64,000 nucleotides of DNA, from assembly GCF_006345805.1 (NCBI RefSeq), contig NC_042999.1, forward strand, positions 33,542,001 to 33,606,000, given 5' to 3'. The notes under the pieces are model-generated. The model was not told where the DNA came from, did not search any database, and saw only the letters and a list, made by a program, of their open reading frames with translations. The first letter of the stretch is position 1. Each line of letters opens with the position of its first letter. The stretch is from Octopus sinensis (taxonomy: Eukaryota). The translations under genes were made by a program, and so were the position numbers. Shown in pieces: positions 13,948-29,834 of this stretch.

Positions 13948-14611
13948 ATATATATATAAGTAAGTAGAGAATAATGTAAATACATTACGAAGGATATATA
14001 AATAATTAAGAGTATTTCCGTATATATCAATGGCCAAACATATTAAACTGTCGTCTGGTCACATGGGAATTAGGATCCACAACTTGAAAATAATTTATTA
14101 ATTCCCTCTTGCAATTTCAGTTTTAAGGTCCACTGATGAAGAATCAACATTAAAGCGCCAAATTAAAGGACGAATCCACATTTAACATCTTTACACCTAT
14201 ATTGTTTTTACTGGCTTGTTTTGTTCTTACTGTCCTGTTCTTGTTACCACTTTGACACTTCCGCAAAAAAATCCCAAATTTTATTTAATTTGCTTCGCGG
14301 GAAGGACTGTTTCAAGAAGTCACGTCTTGTCCTTATCGCTGAACGCGGAGTAGATAAAAACAGGGACAACTCAAGAAGGGGAATATTGCTTGTGTCGTAT
14401 ATCTTGTACTCGGATCTTTCGTTGTTTGTAAAAAAAATTCGTTTCCATGTTTTCGTTTCGCATTGTGTTAAACGTTTTTTGATGTCCTTTACCCATATTT
14501 GGATGTATATATACATATAGATGTAGGTATGAACATATATGTATGTATATATGCATATATTTATATATTTTTTATATTATCTGATCGAACGCCATGCATC
14601 CTTTTCCAAGT

Positions 14612-14642
<31 letters not shown>

Positions 14643-14649
14643 TATATAT

Positions 14650-16797
<2,148 letters not shown>

Positions 16798-16991
16798 ATT
16801 CGAGACAAAACCACTATTTTAAAATCAAACAAGGAAAGACTTAATCAATACATAAAATTTTAATATAAATTAAATAAACCGCCACTACAATTATATTATA
16901 TAATATTTTACTATAAAATTGGATTTAATCCTAAATCTGATTTTTCCCTCTAATTTTGGATTCATTCCCTAATATTTATTATTATTATATA

Positions 16992-17070
<79 letters not shown>

Positions 17071-17102
17071 TCTATTTTCTGTCCTTGTTTATATCTGTGC
17101 TC

Positions 17103-17138
17103 CTTTCTGTCGAAGAGCATAGGCTCGAAACCTAAAGG
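17103..17138 (+). ncRNA. Minimal hammerhead-like motif, A6U family (decayed copy)
   Basis: CCTTT-CTGTCGA-A-GAGC-ATAG-GCTC-GAAA-CCT-AAAGG; homologous to 31656-31693. Confidence 0.4.
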
Positions 17139-17392
17139 TCTTTCTCACTTCACGAGCGTTAAACTAATACATTTGTTTGTTGTTTACACACCAGTCTTCG
17201 TCTTTTTTTCGTAAATTCTCACTATATGTGTGTGTGTGTGTGTCTGTGTGTGTGTGAGTTCGCATGTGTGTGTGTGCGTGTGTGTGTGTGTGTGCGTGCG
17301 TGAGTGTGTGCTTTCGATGCGAATTGTTTTGTTATACGGTCCCGTGTTTTACAATCCTGTAAATAATAATAACCGTATGCTTATTAGCTTAA

Positions 17393-17628
17393 AGGGCGGC
17401 GAGCTGGCAGAATCGTTAGCACGCCGGGCGAAATGCTTAGCAGTATTTCGCCTGCCATTACGTTCTGAGTTCAAATTCCACCGAGGTCGACTTTGCCTTT
17501 CATCCTTTCGGGGTCGATTATATAAGTACCAGTTACGCACTGGGATCGATATAATCGACTTAATCCGTTTGTCTGTCCTTGTTTGTCCTCTCTGTGTTTA
17601 GTCACTTGTGGGTAGTAAAGAAATAGGT
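17393..17628 (+). mobile_element. tRNA-derived SINE, family B
   Basis: GGCGGCGAGCTGGCAGAATCGTTAGCACGCCGGGCGAAATGC head, GAGTTCAAATTCC B-box-like motif; multiple copies in window. Confidence 0.85.
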
Positions 17629-17633
17629 ATACA

Positions 17634-17816
17634 TATAAGCTTAAAGCTTATGGCGTTCACCCTGCAATGACCAAGGAAAGTAGTCTAATGAGCCCTTAAC
17701 TGATAAATCACGTGGATAGGAAAGCCTACATTTTTCTGACGAGGGCTTATATGCCTCTTTATTAGATTATTTTTCTTAGTCAGTGCACGGTGATCGCCAT
17801 ATGCTTTAAGCTTATA
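17634..17816. repeat. 56-bp inverted repeats around a 71-bp spacer; third arm copy at 18050-18105
   Basis: TATAAGCTTAAAGCTTATGGCG...GTCTAAT (17634-17689) vs reverse complement of 17761-17816, about 8 mismatches. Confidence 0.8.
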
Positions 17817-18283
17817 TAAATAATATCATTATTATTTTTAGGATTGTGAAAAATGACACCGTATAACAAAACCATACGTACCAGAAGCATATAGAAAGTT
17901 ATTTACTTTTTACACAGAACAAATATGAACTAATATTGTTGTTAAATTTGTCAAAAACAGGGCGGCTAATTCGCTTGTGTAAATATAACACAGTCGCCGT
18001 AAAAAGCGATGTGGTTTCGAGTCCCACGGGGATCGGAATGACTTCTTTTATTAGACTATTTTCCTTAGTCATTGGACGGTGATCACCATAAGCTTTGAGC
18101 TTATATAAATACCATTATATATATATATATATATATATATCAAATGTGAGGATAAAATTCTTTTCGAAAAAAATTTCATCAATGGGCTGGAGTATTTCTA
18201 TTTTGGATGTATTTGCCCATGACTTAGTATTTGCTTCTTCCATGGGTATGAGTAAGTATCTCATTTATTTATTTTGCCACATG

Positions 18284-18341
18284 TATCACTGAGGAAGAGA
18301 GGGCTCTTAGTAGCTAACTCTGAAATCGGTCCGATATGGTA
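18284..18341 (+). ncRNA. Type I hammerhead ribozyme candidate, canonical core
   Basis: TATCA-CTGAGGA-AGAG...CTCT-GAAA-TCGGTCCGA-T-A-TGGTA: stem I 5 bp (one G-U), stem II AGAG/CTCT, stem III near-palindrome ATCGGTCCGAT, AUA cleavage triplet. Confidence 0.65.
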
Positions 18342-19071
18342 ATAATGGAATGCTTTAGAAATTTATGTCGACCCTTTTTCGAGTAGCGTGCTTATTGTGA
18401 AAAAATTATATGGTTAATGGACAATATGTCCAATTTTTCGGCATATTTGGCATTAGAATTTTTTCCTTTGCCCTCATTTATGAAATATATATATATATAT
18501 ATATAACAGGCAACATAGACAGTTATAAATCTCAAGACGAGATAGTTTAATACGTATGAGCAGCAAAGCAAGTAGCCACATGTAAGTGGCAGATGGATGT
18601 TACTACTAGTTGAACCCCATGGCGAACTCTTCATCAGCTGGTTTTCGGTGCAATCTCTGCAACCTTATATACAATACGTTGCTAGGAGAGAGAGCGAGCC
18701 CTTACTACCCACTAGTAGCGGACAGGATCACCGGACCTGCCAGTTTCGAGCTGTTATTTCACATCAGCCGCGCTCCCCTAAGCATTGGAGTGATAGTCAA
18801 GATACGCCTCGCCCAGCGATATATTGTAAACAAAGTGATCATTAGTCACTGATCTCCAAGAAGCTAAATAGCTAGTTATAAAATCTGAAGAAGAAATAGA
18901 GTAGTAACGTATACTAAGCAGTATCTCTTCTTGAGATTTAATAACTAGCTATCACTCAAATGCGCAGGTGCGCGCGACTGACGCGAGCCAATTAGCTCAA
19001 AATTGGCCTGTCCCGCCAGCCTGTCAGCTACTGGATGGTAATATATATTTATAGAAAAATAGATAGATAGT

Positions 19072-19157
<86 letters not shown>

Positions 19158-20619
19158 CATAGTTAGATAGACATAACAAGCAACTTAATTTGCAAACTAA
19201 ATGTTTCATTGGTTCTATGAATGTTAAATGTAATTTATGAAGCAATAAAGAAATACAGTACTATTCGTTAATATTTGATAGCGTAAGCTAATTTTTTGCG
19301 AGTATTATTCTTTAAAGAAATTTTTCTAAGAAAATGTGGATATCCAAAATGCATTATGTATATATTGCTAAAGGAAGATTTTCTTAAAGCGTGGATGCAT
19401 TAATGTAGACGAAGAAAGAAGAATAGTGTGAGACACATATAGATGTTTATAGCTAACGACCTTCAATCGTTCATCGTTTCATTCTTAATTCCAGCCTGTT
19501 TTACTGCAGAGGGACTTCTATCTGGTGTTTTGTTTCTTGTGCTTTGTTCTGGGATGGATTAAGATTTATGTAGAATCTTAGTAAATTTTTGAGATATAAT
19601 AGTGTTGTTTATTGGAAGACAAAGAGAAAAACATGAACGTTTGCATATATCGATTAAACGCTGCCTAAATATACTATTACTTCTCTTCAATGAATCAAAC
19701 CACTGAAGCTCAAAACATGAATTGTGGCTGTGACAAATCATTCACCAGTTTGACAATGCAGCTCTGAGAGAAATTGTGGTGGACTGAGCGTAAGGCTTGA
19801 ATGAGAGAGATGTATTGTTGTACGACGTTAGGAAAACTAAACAGCAATATAGGCTTCTTTATGTGTACTGCAGCCGAAACGCAAGTGTACTAATTCGTCG
19901 GATGTCAAATAAGAAAAGGAAAAAAAGTAATGTGAAAAGGAGACGAAATGTAATGAGATAGGTAGAAGAATATATTAGGGATCAGGTAAGTGTGATTTAA
20001 CTCAGTTCAAGAGAAAAGTGGCATATATTTTCAATACTTTAGGTCTTGAAAAACTGCGTGTCTTAACCCGACACCATACCCTTGGATTGTATTCGAGAAA
20101 TGCTCCGTTACTCTATCTTACGCATGCCCTGCGATATATATGAGATTCGTGCAGTTAAATTTATTCCTGATGCGTTATAATTTACATTTTTGCATAAAGT
20201 TTTTCGGCAAAATTTGAACGGTGGATCTATCAATCATTGTGACCCTCGAATTCATAGCATTTCATTTATTAGATTATTATTCAGTTGCTTATTCCACGTG
20301 TAATACCTTCCTTTTCAATATGTTCGTTGTTGACAATTGTAATTTCAGTGCAGGAAATTAGAGAGAAATATACTTCTTTGTTATTGGGAGTTTTAAGTTT
20401 TTCTCATTATTTACAAGCGAATATCTAAATGCATATTTATAAATTTATATTTGTGATAATACTTCATCGGGAAATGCACATGATCCTCAGACTGAATTTG
20501 ACAAAAAATGATATTGCATAAAAAGAAAAGAAAAGAAAAGACAATGCCCCATCCCAAAATAAACGTATTTCTAAAAATATTTTTAAAAAATATCAACAAG
20601 TGTATGGTCGAGAGAGGAG

Positions 20620-21250
20620 GCTTCATTCAAAGTAGCCAACCTCAGCTTACATCACGGCTTCAAGATAGGTGCAGAACCTGGAGCATGCATCCCTTACTGT
20701 GTTAGTGGAGAGATCTCCGAACAGCTACTTCGTCTTACAACACTAGTTCGATTTTCATGTTACTGGTTGGTGTCTTTCTCAAAGTTGTCCCTCTCATTGT
20801 AATCTGTGGGATTATAATGAGGTAAATTAGGAGGGCAGATATTAAGGATAGTAAAGTCGTAGTAATTCCCAGGGAGTTATTTCTGAAACTTTCCTGAAGT
20901 ATAGCAAAGACTCAAATCCTGCTGCCGCATATGTATTCTTCCAGCAGCAATCGTCTCCAACCAGGGCTTGACCACAATCACCAGCAACTTCACATAGCCG
21001 TTTTTATTGAGACTACTTCCATGTTCAAAGATGTGGGGATTACGTTTGACTTGCAGACACAGCAAGAACGTCTGCTGTGACCCATATGGCCACAGCTTTA
21101 TAATCTTCGGTGGGGCAGTCCATGTCACATCTTACAGTCTTTGCCGTGTCTACAGGGCATCGATCAGCAGCCATGATTTCGGCATTTTGATATCCGGAGT
21201 GAATTATCATGATACAATCAACTCTTTAGGTGGCTTTCAGTCCTCTATGT
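20620..21250 (-). mobile_element. IS630-Tc1-mariner transposase relic (DD37D/maT-like C-terminal half)
   Basis: PHIFEHGSSLNKNGYVKLLVIVVKPWLETIAAGRIHMRQQDLSLCYTS and terminal ACSRFCTYLEAVM*AEVGYFE*. Confidence 0.8.
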
Positions 21251-22544
21251 CTACTAACTTTTTCTCAAATACAAGTTTAAGCGTTATGCTCTCTAACGCC
21301 ATTGACGTTTCACTAAAACGTCAAGCTATTCCTGAAAAGGGGATATAAAAAATCGTGAAATTTAGCCCGAAAACCCACTAATAAATCCCATACAGTATCG
21401 GAATTGTTATTGGTTAAGTGGTTAAGATAATGTCTAATACTTCGAACAATAAAATGCAGTAACATGTTTAAGTAATCATTCAACAATGCTGTTCTAAATT
21501 TTTAATCCTTATGACACCATATGACACATATTTATCCATATGCTATTATGTTCTTGTGACATTCCAAATAATTTGCTATCAAATTAACATTGAAATATTC
21601 CGCGATAATCGTTTTTAGAAATCGATAGGATTTTTTGAAGACCTTAAATATTAAATTGTTGACCTCTAGTGAATTTTAGCATACTAGAATACAATAAACA
21701 GCTGCATTGATATTTTGTTTTTGTGCATTTACTTGTGCATTTACAAATACTCTATTTGATAATTACATTAAATAGAAATAAGCGAGTTGTATGTATTCGA
21801 TTCAGTCAATTGCACATTTGCTCTTTCTATCTTGTATATTACTTTGTAAAATGAATAAAATAATTGAATGAAAACTACTCACGGTAAAAGGAATTATTTC
21901 AGAGTTCAAAATGGCACATCTTTTTCATTAGATTTTATATTTTTTTACCAATATTAATAAAAATGTCAGAAGGAGCAATACTCCATTTAATGTTTGCTTA
22001 CATGCAATACGAGATAAATAAATACATTATTTTTTATTATATTAGCGCTTGATTGGTGGTAAAATATAATCGATAGTCTTTTCACTATGCCGCAAACTAC
22101 AGCAATGATATAAATTTCCATAGTATCCTATTTCATAATAATAACAGTTAAAATATATTCAAAGATTTTACTCATCAGTCGATCTTCATTTCATTCAATA
22201 TCATCTAAATGTTAGAGTGGATACCATGCGGATTTCGATTGGCTATTAACATTAATAGCGTTCATTTTAGTTGCTAATGAAAACGGTCCGTTTACAACAC
22301 AATTTTTCACACCCTCTTCTGAATGTGCACAACGGTGAACCCATACTTGTATATATTGCCGGGTCAACTTAAAGCTACTGTTGTACACAGTGCTAAGTTT
22401 ACTATTGTTAACGTCCAGTTTATATCTGCCAATGTTTTCAAACATTGCACAAATTTTAAGAAAATAGTATCACTTGCATTGGCTTATGCCATTCTGACGC
22501 TCAGTAAATATCTAATAATCTTTTCTATTATGGGCACAAGGCCT

Positions 22545-22720
22545 AAAATTTGGGGGAAGGAAAAGTGCGATTTCCGCGACCTCGGTACTCAGATGGTACT
22601 TATTTTATCGACCCCGAAATAATGAAAGGCAAATTTGGCCGCGGTGGAACATGAACTCAAAGGGATAATGCCGCAAACATTTTGCCCGATGTGCTAACGA
22701 TTCTGCCAGTTTGCCACTTT
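22545..22720 (-). mobile_element. SINE family B copy
   Basis: Reverse complement of family B head and body (TCGACCCCGAAA..ATGAAAGGCAAA..GCCGCGGTGGAACATGAACTC). Confidence 0.75.
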
Positions 22721-23219
22721 AATAAATATTTAATAATGAATATATGATCACTATGCCATACACACATGCATACATATATAATTACTTAGGAATATCTATT
22801 GGCCATTGATACGAAGTTTATAAATCCTCTCACCAAGATACAGTTTCAGTTATATACCTATTGCTATTGGAGCAACATAATACATCCCAAATCGCCTGGA
22901 GCAAGGTATTCTTTTGTTCGTTTACTTGTCTCTGTCATTTGATTGCGGCCATGCTGGAGCTCTGCCTTGTGTTTAAATTTGAATTTTGGAAGATGTAAGG
23001 GCGTCTCTTTATTTCCTATGCTACACATTAACACGATATTTGAGTCAATACAAATATGCAAGACCTTAAATTTTGAAAGATAGTGCACAAAAGAAGATCC
23101 TCTCCTTTACAACCTTGCTACTAAGCAGACGGCTGTTTAAGATTAAGTCTATATGTAAATGAGAAAAATGATTGACACACACGCGTGCATATACCTATAT
23201 GTATGTATGTATGTATGTA

Positions 23220-23623
23220 TTCTCTTTTACTTGTTTCAGTCATTTGACTCTGGCCATGCTGGAGCACCGTCTTTTAGTCGAGCAAATCGATCCCAGGACT
23301 TATTCTTTGTAAGCCTAGTACTTATTCTATCGGTCATTTTTGCCGAACCGCTAAGTTACGGGTACGTAAACACACCAGCACCGGTCGTCAAGCGATGCTG
23401 TGGGGACAAACACAGACACACAAACATATACACACATGTACATATATATACGTATATGCGACGGGCTTCTTTCAGTTTCCGACTACCGAATCCACTCACA
23501 AGCTTTTGGTCGGCCCAAGGCTATAGTAGAAGACACTTGCCCAAGGTTCCACGCAGTGGGACTGAACACTGAACTATGTGGCTCATAAGCAAGCTACTTA
23601 CTACAAAGCCACTCCTACGCCTA
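23220..23623 (-). mobile_element. SINE family A copy
   Basis: Full homology with 232-745. Confidence 0.85.
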
Positions 23624-23689
23624 TATGAATAATTTTATTACAAAATCATAAATCATTTTAAATTTATATATACATATATAAGTATAATC

Positions 23690-24660
23690 CTTGGATGGAA
23701 TTTATAAACAGTTAATGCACTGCTAGATGCATTAAATGACTAGGCCACTAGTCAGTATCACTATGGAGGTCTGGAGTTGATGAACTCTTTGAACGCACTT
23801 TCAGCATCGGTTTGATTTTTGAACTACTCCTTCTCCCGCAGGAAACCATCTAAGTGCTTGAAAAAGTGGTAGTCGGTAGGAAAATATCGGGGGAATGAGC
23901 TGAGTTAGGAAGAACTTTATTGCCAAGTTCCCTCAACTTCTGGAACATCATTAGTGAAGCGTGTGGTCGTGCATTGTCATGAAGAATGATTGGCCCTCTT
24001 TTGTTGACCAGTCTGAGACAGAGGATTAGCTGTTCTTCACATATTTTGGCGATTTCATGGCAATCTGTTTCTGCAGTAATGTTTTTTTATACGTTTTAAG
24101 AAGTTATAGTGATTGAGTCCAGCAGTACACCATCGAACAGTCGCCATAACCTTCTTTTTGAGGAACTGATGGTTAGTTTATGTTTTCAGTGCTTCATTCT
24201 GGTCCAACCACTGAGAAGAACTCTTTTTTTATTATTGTACAGAATCCACTTTTCATCGCAGGTATACAACACGGCCGAGAACTGGACCGCTCTGGCTACG
24301 AAATAGAAGCGTCGAGCAAAGTTCATATCTACACATTTTCTTATTTTCATTCAGAGCATGTGATTCGTAATCATTTTTTAAAATTTTCCAATGGCATGCA
24401 AATTTTGTAGGCAGTTTTCTATCTAAATTGAAGTTATTTTGCCAGTTCTCGAGTGGTTTTACGTGGATCTTTCTCAACGACGGTCTTTAATTGTCCACCA
24501 TCGATGACGATCTTCAACACTCAGGGCACTACTGCGAAATTGTTTAAACCATATTCAAGCTGACCACTGCCTGGTCATTTTCTCACCAAACGTTTCGGTG
24601 ATATCGCGAGCAGTTTCAGCTGTTTTACGTCTTCTTTTGAAGTTATGTAGCAAAATTACT
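23690..24660 (-). mobile_element. Mariner (DD34D) transposase relic
   Basis: TCDEKWILYNN, GPIILHDNARPHAS, HSPDIFPTDYHFFKHLDGFLREK; frameshifted. Confidence 0.85.
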
Positions 24661-25557
24661 CGAATATCGCGCTTTGACAATTCCGTTTCAGATTATTGTA
24701 ACAACGGTGAAAAAATTATCAATGTTATTTTATTGATGCATTTAGGCAAGTCTATGTCTGTATTATATGACAATTGCCAAAAAATGTTTAAAGGAAATTC
24801 AAAACTCTGCAAGAATCCGGTGCCATTTCGTCATAGTTCAAAACGTTGCTTGTTTTATACTCAACCTGATATATACAAATTATAAAAATAATTTTAAAAA
24901 TCATACAGTACAGTACTGTTTCTACTTCGTGGACTTTCACCTATCGCAGTGGAGGTGCAGTTTGGAACGTAACACCTGCGATAGTCGAGGAATAACTGTC
25001 TATTCGAAAGCATATTTTTCTCTTCCAATATTTACACTTTAGACATTACGCAAATAATATTCTATACAGAAACCGTGAATAAGTACAAGCAACTGAACAG
25101 CTTATTAATAGCGAAGAGTTTGTCAGATGTTTTGAATAATCCAACATTTTCTGCATGAACAACTGGCACATAACGTCAGAATTCATGATTGAATTTACGA
25201 TCTTCCAAATTCCGTATACACAAGTAAGCTCACAAGTGACAAGAGAAAATAAATACTGAACGTTTAACCTTACATTGATTCCTTTATTTCATGGGAATGC
25301 TTTGACGTTTAATACATGCCATTTTCCTGAATAGCATTTTCTTAACGTTTTTATGCATGGCAGCAATCCTGTTTTACCTGAGCATAATACTTATCTATTG
25401 CATCAGCTCTTTATATGTAACATTTTCTTATTGTGCAAGATCACGGCTATACAGTCTGTTAATGTCTTCTCTATGCATTAAAACCAGGACGTGTATACTC
25501 ACACGCAAATACACACATACATAGGTGTTTATGTGTATGTATATTCCCATCAATCTA

Positions 25558-25597
<40 letters not shown>

Positions 25598-25639
25598 GAG
25601 GCACTGAGCAGTTATACGCACACATACACACACGGCAGT

Positions 25640-25782
25640 AACTTCCGCCTACCGAATTCAATCACAAAGCTTCGGGGGCTCGGGGCTATAGTAGAAGATA
25701 CCTGCTCAAAGTGCCACGCAGTGGGACTGAACCCGAAACCATGTAGCTAGTAAGCAAACTCCCTAACCACACAGCCATGCCC
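25640..25782 (-). mobile_element. SINE family A, 5' part (diverged)
   Basis: GGCTATAGTAGAAGATACCTGCTCAAAGTGCCACGCAGTGGGACTGAACCCG...CCACACAGCC. Confidence 0.75.
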
Positions 25783-26639
25783 CTATCAATCTATCTATAT
25801 CTATATGTGTGCGTGTGTGTGTGTATATATACATATATACATATATATGTGAGTTTACGAGAGTGTGTGTGAATATGTATGTGTACATATGTATACTTAA
25901 TTATAAATATTTTTATGAGTATATTGTACTTGTGTATGTTGGCATCTGTATATGTAGATACACATATATATGAGCATGTATGTATGTAAACATTCATGTA
26001 TGTATGTATGTAAGTATGTATATGTAAATATATAAATACTTCTACAGTTGTTCTTCGTGGTTGGTGTATGATACTGCCTGAGTCGTTTCTTTTATGGCTG
26101 TTCGTGTTAATTGGGAAATATTTGTATCAGGTAAATTTGCTGCTGCTGTTGTTTTTGTTCAGATTAAATAAATATGTTAATAATGGAATTTGACTGTGAT
26201 TTATATTAGATCTTGTAACTGCATCGAGACTCTTGTGTGAGGAGAAAATAACTGGATTTTTGACCAAAACATAACTACCGTCGTTTATAGCAAACCATTC
26301 TTTAAGTAAAGTGTACTAGCCATCTGAATGTGGCTAGCCACTGGGGGTGGGTGTTACTGACGCTTTTAGACCCAGGAGATCCACGTCTCCAGCTGTCCGT
26401 AGACACAATTTCTGTGCCCTTATGATATTTGCAAAGGGAGGTCATCCTCCATATTTCCCAATAGAAGCTCGAACAGGATGCTGCATCTGCGAAAGATCGA
26501 AAGCAATCGTACTGTTTCATTTAAAACAATATATAAGTTTCTTTAAATCATGAAATTTAGCAACAAACTAACAGACTTCAAAATGCAAAATATTTGAAAT
26601 CCTCAACAGAACGCAGAAAATATTGATTTCAAATTTTAT

Positions 26640-26842
26640 TACAAGGCCAGTAGTTTTGAGGTAAGTGTGTTAGTCCATTAAATCGACCCCAGTGCTAAAC
26701 TGATACTTATTTTATTGACCCCGAATGGATGAAGGGTAATGCCAACTACGGCAGAATTTTAACTCAGAACGTGAAAACGAACGAAATGCAAGCAAGGCAT
26801 TTTACCCGACGTGCTAATTAATTATTCTGCCCGCTCACCGTT
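26640..26842 (-). mobile_element. SINE family B copy
   Basis: Reverse-complement homology to 17393-17560. Confidence 0.75.
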
Positions 26843-27790
26843 TAATCAAATCAGAAAACATTCTCGAATAACAGTAGTAGGTTGGAGTGCTTATCTTGGA
26901 ATCGCAAGTTAGTGAAAGCACAGCAATTAGAAAGACATATTGTCTATTATTTGCTGACTCATCATTGCACGTTATGCTTTTAATTGAAATGTTCGAATAA
27001 TTTTTCCTTGAAATAAGCACGTCTTTAAACTGAATTAATACTGACACGTATTCTTCATTAGAAAAGAAAAGCTTTGTGTCACCTAAATGCTTTTTCTTCC
27101 CTTGTAATACGCGGGAAATAAAAAATTACAATAAAAAGTAACGTCTGTAGAAATATAAGAAATACAAATCGCCAATATTTTTTTATGGTAATTCAAGTAA
27201 ATCTTGATGTTCTAATACAATCTACCACTGCCTGTTTTGTAAAATTACACCGTTATTCTCCACATTTACGTAGAATTCTGACAAATCAAACAAGTAGAGT
27301 AGCAAAGTAATTCTATAACCCAAAGTTGAAAATTCACATGTGATTCCTAAAGAGTGAAAACATTTAAGTGAATATTCACAAAGAAAATAGCAAAAGTAAA
27401 CGTCACAGTAAATGATAATCGTACGTTTTGTTGAAGAGAGATCAAGTTAAAGTTGATCCAGTCTAAGGAAGCAATATACATTACAATATCACGTAGTATT
27501 TTACCGTATGCATTTCAGATAAAATCTGAAGGAGCTATAGCATAGGAATACAGACATTTATTTCAATTGCTACTTTCTCATTTGTAACTAGAATGTGTAA
27601 GTAGGCCGTATACATGTATACAGACCAAAGGCCGAATGATTCAATGTTTGAAGAAATGCTGTGAAGCTAAGACCTGTATGGACGTGTATTCACGGGTGGC
27701 CCCATAAATCGGCCATTTCTATCTTTATCTAAATACTCTACTGCTCTATTACTTAGAGCATGCTTATCCCTCGGATTTATGATTCACTGC

Positions 27791-28257
<467 letters not shown>

Positions 28258-28639
28258 TAATAAATAAAATATATGCATACATACATACATATATGTACGT
28301 ACCTACAGTGTCTCAAACTTAGGTTAAAACACTGTTTGTCAAAGGGCAGGCCTATGGGACGGTCGGACAAGTTGTTTTGAGAAAAAATATATATATAAAT
28401 ATCTGATATGATTATATATATATATATATATGGTATATGAAAGATGGAAAGAGAGAATTTACAGTCTAGTATAATCCAATTTGTGGCTAACAGCATCGGA
28501 TAGTAAGGAATAACCTGGGACTATATGAGGTAAACAATTTCAATATATTTCATCCATGGGTAAATCCTGAGTTCGCTTCATTGGATTGTATATAAGACGG
28601 TTCAAATAAATAAGGTGAGTTATTCAGTTTTTATTATTA

Positions 28640-28800
28640 AGTCTTTATGTTCTGAGTTCAAATTCTGCCGAGATCGACTTAGCTTTTCATCCTTTCGGGG
28701 ACGATCAATTAAGTACCAGTTGCGTACTGGCTTCAATCGATTTGACTGGCTCCTCCCCACAAATTTCAGGCCGTATGCCTATAGTAGAAACGATTATTAG
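28640..28800 (+). mobile_element. SINE family B, 5'-truncated
   Basis: GTTCTGAGTTCAAATTCTGCCGAGATCGACTTAGCTTTTCATCCTTTCGGGG. Confidence 0.75.
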
Positions 28801-29662
28801 AGGCATTTATACGACATATGGGATTTAAACATTTCTGCGAGATATATTTCCACTACTTGACGTTAATTAACTAAATTAGGATATTGAATTCATGATCGCA
28901 AGATCACGGTTTCCATTCCGGGCCTGGGAATTCACTGTATTCTTGAGCAAGCCATTTCATGTTGTTCTATGGTCAATTCGATATCTATGTTGTTATGGCA
29001 GCGTGCAATTTTGCGACAGGCAATTTCAATTTGATAGAAGTGAGCTAAAGTGCTACATTTGAAACGAATTCGAGTAGGCTATTCAGCATTAAATTGCGGA
29101 ACTATAACGTATATTTTTAGATAGATAGTCACAATAGATAATCGGGTTAGTGCAACAGCAGTGTTGCAGTCCAAATCGTGGAGAATGTATAAGACGGTAA
29201 AAGAAGATATATCGATGAAGAATGATCTGCGTGTCATACAACGGGTATATGACCTTTGTTAGCTCTTCCCGTAACTATACATTTGCACATGTATCCCTAT
29301 ATAATTTGAGGATATATGCACGTGTAAGTATCACTGTTACATAAAGTAATGTGGATTGAATTTATATCTTATTTATAACTTCAAGTTTATTCATAATTAA
29401 AGCCCCTACAATTAACTAAAGAATATGATATCAAAGAAATTTATATATATTGAACTTGAATATCCAAGGTGTAAGTCTAGATTCACCGACATTATACCTA
29501 TTCATCTTCATGATAACATATATACGCATTATTGATTTTGGAGTAGTAAAAATGTTATAAAATATCATATAAACTGGCAGTAATATTGCATGTAGTTTCT
29601 TCTTACACCGACATACACAGACATTCATCCCATTATCTATCTATCTATATATATATATATTA

Positions 29663-29720
<58 letters not shown>

Positions 29721-29722
29721 TA

Positions 29723-29776
<54 letters not shown>

Positions 29777-29800
29777 TATATATACTCCCACACACATATA

Positions 29801-29834
<34 letters not shown>

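Noticed and set aside
14244-14516. 90-aa non-repetitive ORF
   Set aside because: Starts in microsatellite, no recognisable domain or splice support.
26302-26520. GC-richer patch with a good minus-strand acceptor (TCTTTCGCAG)
   Set aside because: No convincing donor and no recognisable peptide.
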